From an uncultured SAR86 cluster bacterium (GTDB lineage Bacteria; Pseudomonadota; Gammaproteobacteria; Magnimaribacterales; AG-339-G14), in assembly GCA_902525735.1 (NCBI GenBank), contig CABZIF010000001.1, positions 258,813-322,812 on the forward strand: a stretch of 64,000 bases of DNA, in the 5' to 3' direction. A program made the position numbers and the translations under genes. The notes beneath the pieces were generated by a model. The model saw only the letters and a list, made by a program, of their open reading frames with translations, ran no database searches and had not been told where the DNA came from. Below, piece after piece: positions 20,655 to 31,058 of the stretch. Every line of letters starts with the position of its first letter. Within the stretch, counting starts at the first letter, position 1.

Positions 20655-20895
20655 AAAAATAGGCATCTCAGCTATATTTTTCTAATAACGGTCGAAACGG
20701 TTATTAGTCGGAATAAGGGTAAACCCTTGTCAGATGGTAACCCCTGAAATTCCTGATAAATTGTTAATATTAATTTTTGATCACCTCCTGCACAGGGAAA
20801 ATTGAAAAAATGCTAATTTTAGAGACCCTGATGTTAATTCTAAAATAGCGACACTTATAGAAATTTTACTCTTACTTTCATTAACTAACAATTGC

Positions 20896-22335
20896 TTAAA
20901 TTAGATTTGGAATAAGAAAATAAGAGATTATAAAAACATACAAAATACTTGAGACATTTATGAATATTCCAGCATTCACCATCTTTTGAATTGGTATTAA
21001 ATTTGACGCATAGACTATTGAGTTTGGAGGAGTAGCAACAGGTAACATAAACGCACAACTTGCTGAAATAGTTAATGGCAAAATAAGCAGAAGGGGATTT
21101 ATACCCATATTTAATCCTACACTTGCTACGACGGGCAAAAATGTAATTGTAGTTGTTAAGTTACTTGTTAACTCTGTAAGCAAGACAACCATGACAATTA
21201 CTGTTAATAAAATTATCCAAAAATAAGTTTCAGATGGAATTAAAGATGCTAACCACAAAGCCAATCCTGAATCATTTACGACATATGCCAGAGCCATACC
21301 TCCACCAAATAAAAAAATTAGACCCCAAGGAAAGCCGCTTTGCACGTCATCCCAAATGAGGAGTTTATTTTTTTTATTGCTTTCATTTATAAAAAAAAGC
21401 GAGACAGCTCCAGTGATAGCAATTACTGAATCATCCAATAGTGATAGGCCTGGCAAGTTATCAATCAGTTGTCTAAATATCCAAAAAAAGGCAGTAATTA
21501 AGAAAACCATTATCACTTTTTTTTCTTCGTTTGACATTGGACCAAGTTCTTTTAGCATTGAATTCAGTTTTTCTTTTGATTCTTGAGTAGCAGAGAAATT
21601 TACCGGAAAAATTATGCGAGTTAGAAATATCCAAATTAACGGCCCTAGACCTAATGTGATTGGTAATCCGATTGATATCCAATTTGCGAAACCAATATCA
21701 TAATCGTAATTATTACTAGCAAATTGAATTAACACACCATTTGGCGAAGTGCCAATTGGCGTAGCAATTCCACCAACAGAGGCCGCATAGGCTATTCCCA
21801 AAAGCAAACAGAGTTGAAAATTAAATTTTTGATTATCACTAACATCATTCACTGTATCACTTATAACTTTTATTACTGATATCCCAACAGGCAGTAGCAT
21901 GATTGCAGTAGAAGTATTCATTACCCACATACTCAAAACAGCACTAGCCACCATAAAAGAAGCCACAATACCCCGTGAGTTTAGACCACTAAATTTAAGA
22001 ATATTTAAAGCAACTCTTTTGTGAAGATTCCATTTTTGAATGGCAAGAGCAATTATAAATCCACCTGCAAAAAGAAATTGAACCTTGTTCATGTACTCTC
22101 GACTAATTACGGCTATTTCTTCTACACTAAGTAGTGGAAATAGAATTAACGGCATTAATGCAGTTACCTGAAGTGGAATTGCTTCAAAAGCCCACCAAAT
22201 GCCCATTAATAAAAATACCGCAGCTGTAACTCTTCCCTCAGAAGATAAGCCCTCTGGATTAGGCAAATACAAAACTAGCAAAAAAGAAATAATTCCCAAC
22301 CAAAACCCAATTGTTTTTAAATCTATAGATTGCAT
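20896..22335 (-). CDS. DASS/SLC13-family Na+-coupled anion (sulfate/dicarboxylate) symporter
   Basis: 479 aa and polytopic. Internal repeat with 'GTSPNG' and 'ATPPNS' hairpin motifs characteristic of the DASS family. Confidence 0.8.
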   Translation of the reverse strand: MQSIDLKTIGFWLGIISFLLVLYLPNPEGLSSEGRVTAAVFLLMGIWWAFEAIPLQVTALMPLILFPLLSVEEIAVISREYMNKVQFLFAGGFIIALAIQKWNLHKRVALNILKFSGLNSRGIVASFMVASAVLSMWVMNTSTAIMLLPVGISVIKVISDTVNDVSDNQKFNFQLCLLLGIAYAASVGGIATPIGTSPNGVLIQFASNNYDYDIGFANWISIGLPITLGLGPLIWIFLTRIIFPVNFSATQESKEKLNSMLKELGPMSNEEKKVIMVFLITAFFWIFRQLIDNLPGLSLLDDSVIAITGAVSLFFINESNKKNKLLIWDDVQSGFPWGLIFLFGGGMALAYVVNDSGLALWLASLIPSETYFWIILLTVIVMVVLLTELTSNLTTTITFLPVVASVGLNMGINPLLLILPLTISASCAFMLPVATPPNSIVYASNLIPIQKMVNAGIFINVSSILYVFIISYFLIPNLI

Positions 22336-22397
22336 TTTATGTATAAAAGAAAAATTAAATAATATCAGCTAAAATACTAAATTAAATTAAATAATTT

Positions 22398-23270
22398 ATG
22401 ACTAAGTATGTGCTTTCTTTAGATGGGGGGGGAGTTCGGGGTTTAGCATCGGCTAATTTTTTAAGAAAATTAGAATTTGAAATGCACAAACCGCTATTGG
22501 AAAAGTTTGATTTAGTTTGTGGTTCTTCTACAGGAGGAATTTTAGCCATAGCTCTATCAGTTTTAAAATTGAATGGATCTCGTCTAGTAAATATTTATTC
22601 CTCAAGAAATCTAAAAAGAATTTTTAGCACTTCAATGCCAAGGGTTATAGGCCCTAAATATGGAGGAAGAAGAAAAAATAATGTGCTTAGAGAATATTTT
22701 GGCTCTTTGACACTAGCCGAAGCTGAAACCCCGGCAATCGCTGTTTCGTATGATCTAAAAAATAGATCGACTCGACTTTTTAAAACTTTCGTCGATAAAG
22801 ACTTGGAGGCTTGGAAAGTCGCATCTGCTACCTCAGCTGCTCCAACCTTTTTTCCTGCCATAAAAATTGATGATAATTGGTATATAGATGGTTCAATTTC
22901 ATCAAATAATCCAGTCTTAATAGCTTATGCTGAAGCAAAAAAACTATGGCCTGAAGAAAATATAAAAATATTAAGTATCGGTACTGGTTACGATGATAAA
23001 CCATATAAAGGAAGGAAAACCAAAAATTGGGGCATATTTTCATGGTTAAGAGGAGGCATTATTCAAGTACTAATGGAATCAAACAGCGAACATTTAATTG
23101 CCGAATCATTATTCAAAGATAATTATTTAAGGATCAACTCCAAATTGGATTCCGTAGACTCAGAAATAGATAATTCCTCAGATCATAATTTAGAGGAATG
23201 TTTAAAAATGGGAGATCAGTGGTGGGATCAATTTGGGCTTGAAACTTTAGATTTTTTAATAACAAATTAA
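22398..23270 (+). CDS. Patatin-like phospholipase
   Basis: 290 aa. Oxyanion 'LDGGGVRG', nucleophile elbow 'GSSTGG' and catalytic Asp context 'YIDGSISSNNP'. Confidence 0.88.
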   Translation: MTKYVLSLDGGGVRGLASANFLRKLEFEMHKPLLEKFDLVCGSSTGGILAIALSVLKLNGSRLVNIYSSRNLKRIFSTSMPRVIGPKYGGRRKNNVLREYFGSLTLAEAETPAIAVSYDLKNRSTRLFKTFVDKDLEAWKVASATSAAPTFFPAIKIDDNWYIDGSISSNNPVLIAYAEAKKLWPEENIKILSIGTGYDDKPYKGRKTKNWGIFSWLRGGIIQVLMESNSEHLIAESLFKDNYLRINSKLDSVDSEIDNSSDHNLEECLKMGDQWWDQFGLETLDFLITN

Positions 23271-23272
23271 CC

Positions 23273-24277
23273 ATGAAAGAATTTTCAGTTATTGGAGCAG
23301 GATCTTGGGGCACAGTTTTATCCAATTTGTTAGCTTTGAATGGCTACAAAGTAAAAATTTGGACAAAAAATAATTCTATTTATGAAGAAATACAAACAGC
23401 AAATAAAAATTCTAAGTATTTGCCAAATTTACATCTTTCAGAAAATGTATCTCCAACTTTAGACTTAGAAGAGTGTTTTGGTGAAGAAAAGACTGTAATT
23501 ATAGCAATCCCCTCAGATGGCATAAAAATAATTTCTAAAGAAATAAAAAACTTTCACCATGCTTCCAATCGATACATTCTTGCTTCAAAAGGAATTGATT
23601 TGAAAACTTTTGAGACTATGTCTGAAACTTTATCAAAAGAGGCAAATATAGAGTCAAATAAAATTTTAGTATTATCAGGGCCAAATCTGGCAGAAGAGGT
23701 CTCAGAAAATTTTTCTACAGCCTCAGTTCTGGCTGGAGAGGATTTGGAAGAAGCAAAAATTCTTTCAAATTTCTTTAATAACAAAACTTTTAAAATCTTT
23801 TTAAGCTCAGATAAAAAAGGAGTTGAACTAGCTGGAGCATTGAAAAATATTTATGCTATTTCAGCTGGTCTTTCCGACGGACTTGGTAGTAAATCAAACA
23901 CTAAAGCAATGCTTTTAACTAGGAGCCTTTCTGAAATGACAGAACTATTCATTAAATTAAATGCTAATCCAGCAACCCTTCTTGGTTTAGCTGGTGTGGG
24001 AGATTTATTTGCAACTTCAAGCTCTTCTAAAAGTAGAAATTATTCTTTAGGTTATCATTTAGGAAAAAACATGTCTCCAAAAGAGGCTTTGTCTAAAATA
24101 GGACAGGTTGTTGAAGGCGTAAATACTCTTAAAACTGTATTCAATAAAAAAAATGAATTAAATTTAACAATGCCTATTGTTGATATTTTATACCAAATTG
24201 TTTTTTCTGAGATGGATCCAAAAGATTGCTTTGCTAATATTTTTCTTGAGAGTAATAATATAGATAGTAAATTCTAA
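23273..24277 (+). CDS. gpsA: NAD(P)H-dependent glycerol-3-phosphate dehydrogenase
   Basis: 334 aa. Motifs 'VIGAGSWGT', 'SGPNLAEEV' and 'GALKNIYAI'. Confidence 0.92.
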   Translation: MKEFSVIGAGSWGTVLSNLLALNGYKVKIWTKNNSIYEEIQTANKNSKYLPNLHLSENVSPTLDLEECFGEEKTVIIAIPSDGIKIISKEIKNFHHASNRYILASKGIDLKTFETMSETLSKEANIESNKILVLSGPNLAEEVSENFSTASVLAGEDLEEAKILSNFFNNKTFKIFLSSDKKGVELAGALKNIYAISAGLSDGLGSKSNTKAMLLTRSLSEMTELFIKLNANPATLLGLAGVGDLFATSSSSKSRNYSLGYHLGKNMSPKEALSKIGQVVEGVNTLKTVFNKKNELNLTMPIVDILYQIVFSEMDPKDCFANIFLESNNIDSKF

Positions 24278-24280
24278 AAT

Positions 24281-24604
24281 ATGACGAAAGACCAAGAAAA
24301 AAGTACCGAAAATTTATCGATTGATACAGCAGTTTTAACTGAGAATATTAAGGAACCATCTATTTGGGTTAATTTCTTTTTAAAGGTTGTCTATTTGGTT
24401 TTTCTAAACTTTATCGTTCCCTTTTTAGGTTTCATTACTTTACTACAATTGTTATTTAGTATTGGTTCAAAAAAACCTAATGAAAATCTTGTTTCCTTTT
24501 CAAAAAAAATTAGTAGTTATATTTATCAAATCATCAACTTTATAACTTATAGTTCTGACCAAAGACCGTGGCCATTTAATTCATTTCCAGAATCGTCAGA
24601 TTAA
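24281..24604 (+). CDS. Small membrane protein, DUF4389-like
   Basis: 107 aa with one or two TM segments. The C-terminal 'YIYQIINFITYSSDQRPWPFNSFP' resembles the remembered DUF4389 tail. Confidence 0.55.
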   Translation: MTKDQEKSTENLSIDTAVLTENIKEPSIWVNFFLKVVYLVFLNFIVPFLGFITLLQLLFSIGSKKPNENLVSFSKKISSYIYQIINFITYSSDQRPWPFNSFPESSD

Positions 24605-24676
24605 TTGAAATCACCATACTTTAAACATATAATCCTATCTCTTTAATACTTTTAAATATAAAAATAAGATTCTGTT

Positions 24677-25249
24677 ATGACTAAACCCACAGAAGAAGAA
24701 GCATTAAAAGCTGTTAAGACCCTTCTTGCCTATGCTGGTGACGATCCGGAAAGAGAAGGTTTGTTAGATACTCCAAAAAGAGTGGTAAAAGCTTATAAAG
24801 AGTGGTTCTCTGGGTATGATGCCGATGCTGAAAAAGTTCTTTCAAAAACTTTTGAACAAGTTGAAGGATATGATGAAATGGTTATTGTTAAAGGAATAAA
24901 AGTTGAATCTCACTGCGAACACCATATGGCTCCGATTTTAGGAGTTGCTCATGTAGGTTATATACCAAATGAGAGAGTATTGGGTATAAGTAAATTGGCA
25001 AGAGTAGTAGATATTTATGGTAAAAGATTTCAAACTCAAGAAACGATGACTGCTCAAATTGCTGACTCTATAAATGATGTATTACAACCAAAAGGCGTTG
25101 GCGTAATTATAGATGCTGCGCATCAATGCATGACTACAAGAGGAATACATAAAACAGGAACCAGCACTGTAACAAGTAGAATGTTGGGAGATTTCAGAGA
25201 TATTGCTACAAGAACAGAATTTCTCAACTTGATCAATTCAGAAAATTAG
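24677..25249 (+). CDS. folE: GTP cyclohydrolase I
   Basis: 190 aa. Motifs '[11 protein letters not shown]' and 'RFQTQE'. Confidence 0.93.
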   Translation: MTKPTEEEALKAVKTLLAYAGDDPEREGLLDTPKRVVKAYKEWFSGYDADAEKVLSKTFEQVEGYDEMVIVKGIKVESHCEHHMAPILGVAHVGYIPNERVLGISKLARVVDIYGKRFQTQETMTAQIADSINDVLQPKGVGVIIDAAHQCMTTRGIHKTGTSTVTSRMLGDFRDIATRTEFLNLINSEN

Positions 25250-25251
25250 TT

Positions 25252-25848
25252 TTGAGTAAAATACCTTTACTGAAACCATTAATAGTAGCTACAAAGTCAG
25301 AGATAAGAAAAAAAATTTTACATAACTCAAACTTACATTTTACTTATGTTTCTTCAAATGTTGATGAAGAAAAAATAAAAAAAAATTATTATTTCGATAA
25401 TTTTTATGACCTAGCTATAAAATTGGCTTCGGAAAAATCACTTAATGTTTCAAAAAAATTTAAAAATACTTACGTGCTGGGAGTAGATCAAGTATGCGAG
25501 TTCGAAGAAAAAGTTCTAAGCAAGCCCGGTAACATAAATAATTGTAAAAAAACCTTAAAAATGCTTTCAGGAAATACTCATTATCAAAACTGCGGTATGG
25601 CAGTTTCTTATAATGAAGAGATCATTTGGACTTCTTACGATGTGGCTAAATTGACAATGAAAGTTTTAACAGACGATAACATCGATAACTATATTAAATT
25701 AGATCAGCCTTTTGAATGTTGCGGCGGCTATAAGTACGAATTAAATGGAAAGAATTTATTTTCTCAAGTTGAAGGGTCAATTTATACAATTCAAGGATTA
25801 GATATTGATTCTTTATTGATGTATTTAAGACAAAAAAAATTTATTTGA
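25252..25848 (+). CDS. maf: Maf-like nucleoside-triphosphate pyrophosphatase
   Basis: 198 aa with a non-ATG (TTG) start. Maf-like pattern 'GVDQV' and a C-terminal 'GGYKYE...G' region. Confidence 0.7.
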   Translation: MSKIPLLKPLIVATKSEIRKKILHNSNLHFTYVSSNVDEEKIKKNYYFDNFYDLAIKLASEKSLNVSKKFKNTYVLGVDQVCEFEEKVLSKPGNINNCKKTLKMLSGNTHYQNCGMAVSYNEEIIWTSYDVAKLTMKVLTDDNIDNYIKLDQPFECCGGYKYELNGKNLFSQVEGSIYTIQGLDIDSLLMYLRQKKFI

Positions 25849-25882
25849 GATTTCTTTCAAAAATGAGTACTGTTTAAGATGT

Positions 25883-26785
25883 ATGAAAAATTTTCAAGAT
25901 AAAGTCGCTGTTATAACTGGATCTGGCTCAGGAATGGGAAGAGAACTCGCTATTGAGTTAGCTCAAGCTGGAGCCAATATTGCTTTGGTTGAATGGAATG
26001 AAGAGACATTAAACGAAACAGCTGAATTACTGAAGTCATACAATGTCGGTGTGTCAAAACACATAGTTGATGTAAGTGATAAAGAAGCAATTTATGCGTT
26101 GCCTAATCAAGTTATAGAAGAGCATGGTTCTGTAGACATGGTGTTCAATAATGCCGGCGTTGCTTTGTCTTCAACAATCGAGGAATCAACAGATGAAGAT
26201 TGGGATTGGGGCTTGGGAATTCTTTTACATGGAGTTATTAACGGAACAAGAGCTTTTTTACCCCATCTTAAAGAAAGACCTGAAGCTGCAATCGTTAATA
26301 CTTCTTCGATTTTTGGTCTATTGAGCGTACCTACTCAATCTATTTACCATGTTGGTAAATATGGAGTGAGAGCTTTTACTGAGAGTTTAGCTCTAGAAAT
26401 GAAAATGGAAAATTCACCCGTCGAAGTTTATTCAGTCCATCCTGGCCATATTGGAACCAATATAGCTAACATTGCTGCTGAAAAAGGAAAAATGGAATTT
26501 GACGCAGAAGCAATGGAGAAAAGGCCAAATATTTTCGGACCAAAAGCTAAATCTATTGAAGAAGTTGGTCAATTATTCAAAAGCAACGCACCTGTAAATG
26601 CCAATACTGCTGCAAAGATTATCCTCAATAATATTAAAAAGAAAAACAAAAGGATATTGGTTGGCGCTGATGCCCATTGGTACGATCGAATTCAAAGGCT
26701 TTTCCCAAAAAAGTATATTTACTTTTTGCCTTTTGTTTCGCTAATTAGAGGGTGGTTTCCCAAAGACAAACCTTTAGATAGATAG
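25883..26785 (+). CDS. Short-chain dehydrogenase/reductase (SDR)
   Basis: 300 aa. Motifs 'ITGSGSGMGR', 'NNAGV' and 'YHVGKYG'. Confidence 0.85.
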   Translation: MKNFQDKVAVITGSGSGMGRELAIELAQAGANIALVEWNEETLNETAELLKSYNVGVSKHIVDVSDKEAIYALPNQVIEEHGSVDMVFNNAGVALSSTIEESTDEDWDWGLGILLHGVINGTRAFLPHLKERPEAAIVNTSSIFGLLSVPTQSIYHVGKYGVRAFTESLALEMKMENSPVEVYSVHPGHIGTNIANIAAEKGKMEFDAEAMEKRPNIFGPKAKSIEEVGQLFKSNAPVNANTAAKIILNNIKKKNKRILVGADAHWYDRIQRLFPKKYIYFLPFVSLIRGWFPKDKPLDR

Positions 26786-26786
26786 T

Positions 26787-28439
26787 TTATAAACCGATAT
26801 CTTTATAATTAGATATAGATATTTTATCTTTTGTAATTTTTAGATCTTCTGATGGATCAAGAATTTCTTCATTGAAACGGTAAATAAGATCATATTTTCC
26901 ATTAATGCTTTCTTCGAGATAAATAGCTCTCTTTTCTTCAGTCGCAGCAAGTTTTGTTTCATAATTTTTTAAATCTTTTTTATTTATTTTCGATTTAATA
27001 AAACTCGGGCTCACTACACCGCAAGATCCATTGTTCCCGCCAAAACCTTTGGCATTTAAATAGATTGCGTCTATTTTTTTTACATCAACTTCTTTAGATT
27101 TTAAGCAAAAATCTAAATTATCAGATAACACATCATCTGCTAGTTTTTTTGTTGTGTTTATCCCAGGAATCAAACCATGATTCCATATTCCTATGGCTGT
27201 CATTAATTCGTCTCCAGCTGCAGGTCCCATGGTATGACCCAACATGCCTTTTAGAGCTGTAACCTTCCAATTTTTTAATTCAAAACCTTCAGCAACTCTA
27301 TTTAAAACATCAGACTCAGTGCTGCGATTTTGAAAGGTGCCTGTTCCATGCGCAATAACAACACTATCTTGGATAGAACACCCTAGTTTTAACGTATTGG
27401 AAATAGATTGAGCCATAGTTACATAATTGCCAATTCCAGGAGAACTAATCGATTTTTTGAATCCATCTGCATTTATTGCAACATCTGTAAAACCACCAAG
27501 TATCTTGAGTCCGTTTGTTATGGCAAATTCTAAAGTAGTTACAGCAACAAATTGAGCAGCTTCTCCTAGAATCATTCCGGCATTATCCCCAAAGGGTCGA
27601 CAAGCATTTTGATAAATCACTTCTTTGGAATTTTCATCTTTATTTCTGATCTGCATTTCTAAAATCTTTTTGTCATCTGCAATTCCTGTCGTAGCTAAAA
27701 AACCATCTGTTATTTCGGGATTAATAGGCGCTTCTGCGGATCCTACAATTGAGAAATCTAGTTCTTCATTTTTTATTCCCTTTAGAGCCAAATCCAAGTT
27801 ATATAGAAAAGTTGCACAAGCGCCTGCTACAGTACCTGTTTTCCCTAAAGAGCCTAATACGTATGCATTTATGAAATCTGCAGACATGCCAATCAAAGAC
27901 ATTGATAAGTGTTTTGAACTTGCTCTCTTTCCAATTTTCCTTGATTGCAAAAGTCCTCCCATTCCATCATAGTCTAATTGTCCTATTGCAGGACCTGAAA
28001 ATACGCCTATTTTTTTTGGATCCAACATTGGTTTTAATTCAGTATCCCAATCTTTACCAAGATTCTTTAAACAATCAGTAACACCAAAAATAGTCATTTG
28101 AATTCCTTTTGGATGTTGTCTCGAGTTATACATCTTTGAAAGATTAATACCTTCAGGAAGTTGACCTGCTGCATTAACATTCATGATATCTTTCATGAGC
28201 AATTCAGGATCGAAAAGATCTGAATTTATCTTTCTTACTAATGTTTTTTTTAAAATATCTTTTTCTGATGAAATTTCAGAGTTTGTTAAAGAATTTAAGT
28301 CTTTTAATAATAATTCTTTAGATCGTGTATCAAGGCTATCTAATACAAGTCGTTTGTATGAAAAATCAAAAGATGACCTTCCAGCTGAGTTTATTCCCCC
28401 AACACTACATATCACAGGAAATCTCTTAAAATCTTGCAT
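26787..28439 (-). CDS. Beta-ketoacyl-ACP synthase, long FabY-like form
   Basis: 550 aa. N-terminal 'VGGINSAGRSS', then KAS motifs 'GACATFLYN' (active Cys), 'AHGTGT', 'GHTMGPAAG' and 'NAKGFGGNN'. It is longer than FabB/FabF and resembles the P. aeruginosa FabY class (from memory). Confidence 0.75.
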   Translation of the reverse strand: MQDFKRFPVICSVGGINSAGRSSFDFSYKRLVLDSLDTRSKELLLKDLNSLTNSEISSEKDILKKTLVRKINSDLFDPELLMKDIMNVNAAGQLPEGINLSKMYNSRQHPKGIQMTIFGVTDCLKNLGKDWDTELKPMLDPKKIGVFSGPAIGQLDYDGMGGLLQSRKIGKRASSKHLSMSLIGMSADFINAYVLGSLGKTGTVAGACATFLYNLDLALKGIKNEELDFSIVGSAEAPINPEITDGFLATTGIADDKKILEMQIRNKDENSKEVIYQNACRPFGDNAGMILGEAAQFVAVTTLEFAITNGLKILGGFTDVAINADGFKKSISSPGIGNYVTMAQSISNTLKLGCSIQDSVVIAHGTGTFQNRSTESDVLNRVAEGFELKNWKVTALKGMLGHTMGPAAGDELMTAIGIWNHGLIPGINTTKKLADDVLSDNLDFCLKSKEVDVKKIDAIYLNAKGFGGNNGSCGVVSPSFIKSKINKKDLKNYETKLAATEEKRAIYLEESINGKYDLIYRFNEEILDPSEDLKITKDKISISNYKDIGL

Positions 28440-28497
28440 GTAATTTTTTTTTAAATTAACTTATAAACCTAATATTACATTATTTAAAGGAGAGGAC

Positions 28498-30039
28498 ATG
28501 CATCCAGGAATAAATGGACCTAAATATAAAGATAAACCAGCCGTTATTATGGCGGCTAGTGGAGACATAATAACTCACCAAGAGTTGAATGAATTATCTA
28601 ATCAAGGCGCCCAATTATTTAGATCTTTAGGTTTGAAACCTGGAGATAGTCTAGCTTTTATGATGGAAAATCATAAATTATTTTTTCCAATTGCATTTGC
28701 AGCTTATCGAAGCGGTCTAAAATATACAGCTATAAGTTGGAGACTGCAGGCTAGCGAAGTTGAATATATTGTTAAAGATTGCGGTGCTAAAGTTTTTATT
28801 ACAAGCAAGTTTCTTGAAGAATCTGCAAAGTCTTTAGCCAACTCTTTAGATGGAGTTTACAAATACATGCTTGATGGAATTACAGATGATTTTAAATCCT
28901 ATGAAAAAGAAATAGATAACATGCCAGTGACACCTATAGGGGATGAGTGTCAAGGAGCTGCAATGTTATATTCGTCTGGAACAACTGGAAAGCCAAAAGG
29001 CGTTAGTCGTGAAGTAAATTTAAGTCCTCTACCTTATAAAGCAGATGAAGATGATTTAGGTCTTACTCGAGTCGTTCAAGGATTGTATTCTGCTGATGAA
29101 GATTCGATTTATTTATCACCAGCTCCTTTATATCACTCAGCACCAATGGGCTTCAATACAGGATTTCTAGCTTTAGGAGCAACAAGCATCATTTTAGAGA
29201 AGTTTGATCCAGAAGCCGCGCTAGCCGCTATCGAAAAATATAAAATTACTCATAGCCAATGGGTCCCAACGATGTTTATAAGATTTCTAAAGAGCGACCA
29301 TGAGATCTTAAATAGGTACGATTTATCATCACATCGAATAGCTATTCATGCCGCTGCACCATGTCCAGTAGAAGTGAAAGAAAAAATGATAGATTGGTGG
29401 GGTCCAATTATCCACGAATACTATGCAGGCACAGAATTTAATGGATTTGTGGCATGTAATTCTGAACAATGGCTTTCTCACAAAGGAACAGTTGGGCAGT
29501 CGTTGCTGGGTCCAATACATATTTTAGATGACGATCAAAATGAAGTGCCTTTGGGAGACGAGGGAACAATTTATTTTGAAGGCCCTACTGCTAATGGTTT
29601 TTCTTATCATAATGACAAGGAAAAAACTAAAGGAGCTACCTCGAAACAAGGTTATACAACGCTAGGAGACATAGGATATTTAGATGAAGAGGGTTTTCTT
29701 TATTTAACAGATAGGAAGGCTTTTATGATAATTTCTGGAGGGGTTAATATTTATCCAAAAGAGACTGAGGATACATTAATTATGCATCCTAAAGTTGCTG
29801 ATGTTGCAGTATTCGGAGTTCCAAATGAAGAAATGGGTGAAGAAGTAAAAGCGGTAGTTCAGCCTGAAGACACGAGTCTTGCAGGAGATGATTTAGAAGC
29901 GGAACTTATGGCATATTGTCGAGAACATATTTCTCATGTGAAATGCCCAAAATCAATAGATTTTAGAGAAGAATTGCCTAGACACCCAACTGGGAAGCTT
30001 TATAAAAGACTTTTAAAAGATGAATACTGGAAAAGTTAA
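28498..30039 (+). CDS. Acyl-CoA synthetase / AMP-dependent ligase
   Basis: 513 aa. Motifs '[12 protein letters not shown]', '[17 protein letters not shown]' and 'PTGKLYKR'. Confidence 0.9.
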   Translation: MHPGINGPKYKDKPAVIMAASGDIITHQELNELSNQGAQLFRSLGLKPGDSLAFMMENHKLFFPIAFAAYRSGLKYTAISWRLQASEVEYIVKDCGAKVFITSKFLEESAKSLANSLDGVYKYMLDGITDDFKSYEKEIDNMPVTPIGDECQGAAMLYSSGTTGKPKGVSREVNLSPLPYKADEDDLGLTRVVQGLYSADEDSIYLSPAPLYHSAPMGFNTGFLALGATSIILEKFDPEAALAAIEKYKITHSQWVPTMFIRFLKSDHEILNRYDLSSHRIAIHAAAPCPVEVKEKMIDWWGPIIHEYYAGTEFNGFVACNSEQWLSHKGTVGQSLLGPIHILDDDQNEVPLGDEGTIYFEGPTANGFSYHNDKEKTKGATSKQGYTTLGDIGYLDEEGFLYLTDRKAFMIISGGVNIYPKETEDTLIMHPKVADVAVFGVPNEEMGEEVKAVVQPEDTSLAGDDLEAELMAYCREHISHVKCPKSIDFREELPRHPTGKLYKRLLKDEYWKS

Positions 30040-30881
30040 TTTAGGCTCAATTGATTTTCACAACTTTCCAAAGTCTGCATTATTAAGGTATTAATGGTCA
30101 TTGGTCCAACACCACCTGGAACAGGAGTGTAAGCAGATGATCTTGAAATGACACCCTCAAGATCAATATCGCCACATTTTTCAGGATGATATCCGGCATC
30201 AATAACAACAGACTCGTCTTTTATCCATTCTGATTTTATAAATTTAGGGATTCCAACAGCTCCAACCACAATATCGGCTTTAGAAATTATTGAGGGTAAA
30301 TCTTCTGTTTTTGAGTGACAAATTGTTACGGTTGCATTTGCATTGAGAAGCATCATTGCCATCGGCTTACCAAGAATCGGACTTCTTCCTACCACAACAG
30401 CGTGCTTGCCACTTAATGGTATTTTATAGTGTTTTAGTAGTCTCATAATTCCATAAGGAGTACATGAACCATAAGCTTTTTCTAACATTGTCATTTTGCC
30501 AAAACCTAAACTCGTAACACCATCAACGTCTTTGTTTATTTTAATTGCATCAAAACATAATCGTTCATCAATTTGAGAAGGAGTTGGATGTTGTAGAAGA
30601 ATTCCTGACACTTCTTCGTTGTCATTCAAATTATTGATTGTTTTTAATAAATCACTAGTAGAAGTTTCTTGGGGTAACTCAACCTTGATCGATTTCATAC
30701 CAATTCTTTCGCAGGCATTTCCTTTCATTTTTACATAAGTCTCAGATGCAGGGTCATTTCCAACTAAAATTGTTGCTAAAACAGGGATGATTCCAGATTT
30801 ATTCTTTATTAAAGAAACTCTTTTTTTAAAATCTTCTTCAGCCTGGAACGCTAAATCTTTTCCATTTAGTATAATTGTCAT
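30036..30881 (-). CDS. folD: Bifunctional methylenetetrahydrofolate dehydrogenase/cyclohydrolase
   Basis: 281 aa. Motifs '[12 protein letters not shown]' and '[11 protein letters not shown]'. Confidence 0.94.
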   Translation of the reverse strand: MTIILNGKDLAFQAEEDFKKRVSLIKNKSGIIPVLATILVGNDPASETYVKMKGNACERIGMKSIKVELPQETSTSDLLKTINNLNDNEEVSGILLQHPTPSQIDERLCFDAIKINKDVDGVTSLGFGKMTMLEKAYGSCTPYGIMRLLKHYKIPLSGKHAVVVGRSPILGKPMAMMLLNANATVTICHSKTEDLPSIISKADIVVGAVGIPKFIKSEWIKDESVVIDAGYHPEKCGDIDLEGVISRSSAYTPVPGGVGPMTINTLIMQTLESCENQLSLN

Positions 30882-30923
30882 TTGTTGTTATGATACCACC
30901 GCTTCATTATTAGAATATAGTTT

Positions 30924-31000
30924 CGGAGTGTAGCGCAGCCTGGTAGCGCGCCTGCTTTGGGAGCAGGATGTCGGGGGTTCGAATCCCTCCACTCCGACCA
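30924..31000 (+). tRNA. tRNA-Pro (anticodon TGG)
   Basis: Acceptor CGGAGTG/CACTCCG, anticodon arm CCTGC-TTTGGGA-GCAGG, T-loop GGTTCGAATCC, CCA encoded. Confidence 0.9.
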
Positions 31001-31058
31001 CACTTTAAGATTAAAGAAAAAATTGATAAGGTGGTTTATACCAAGTGGGGGAGCAATA

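Noticed and set aside
20655-20895. Known riboswitch or housekeeping RNA (SRP, 6S, TPP, FMN, cobalamin, fluoride, guanidine) in the long convergent spacer.
   Set aside because: None of the conserved core motifs I remember is present, and the location (3' of both flanking genes) is wrong for a riboswitch. I keep it only as an unexplained structured spacer.
22398-23270. Patatin-like phospholipase as a possible CBASS or other defence effector.
   Set aside because: No cyclase, sensor or other defence-type partner is adjacent. It sits 2 nt upstream of gpsA (glycerolipid metabolism) among core genes, so a housekeeping lipid role is more likely.
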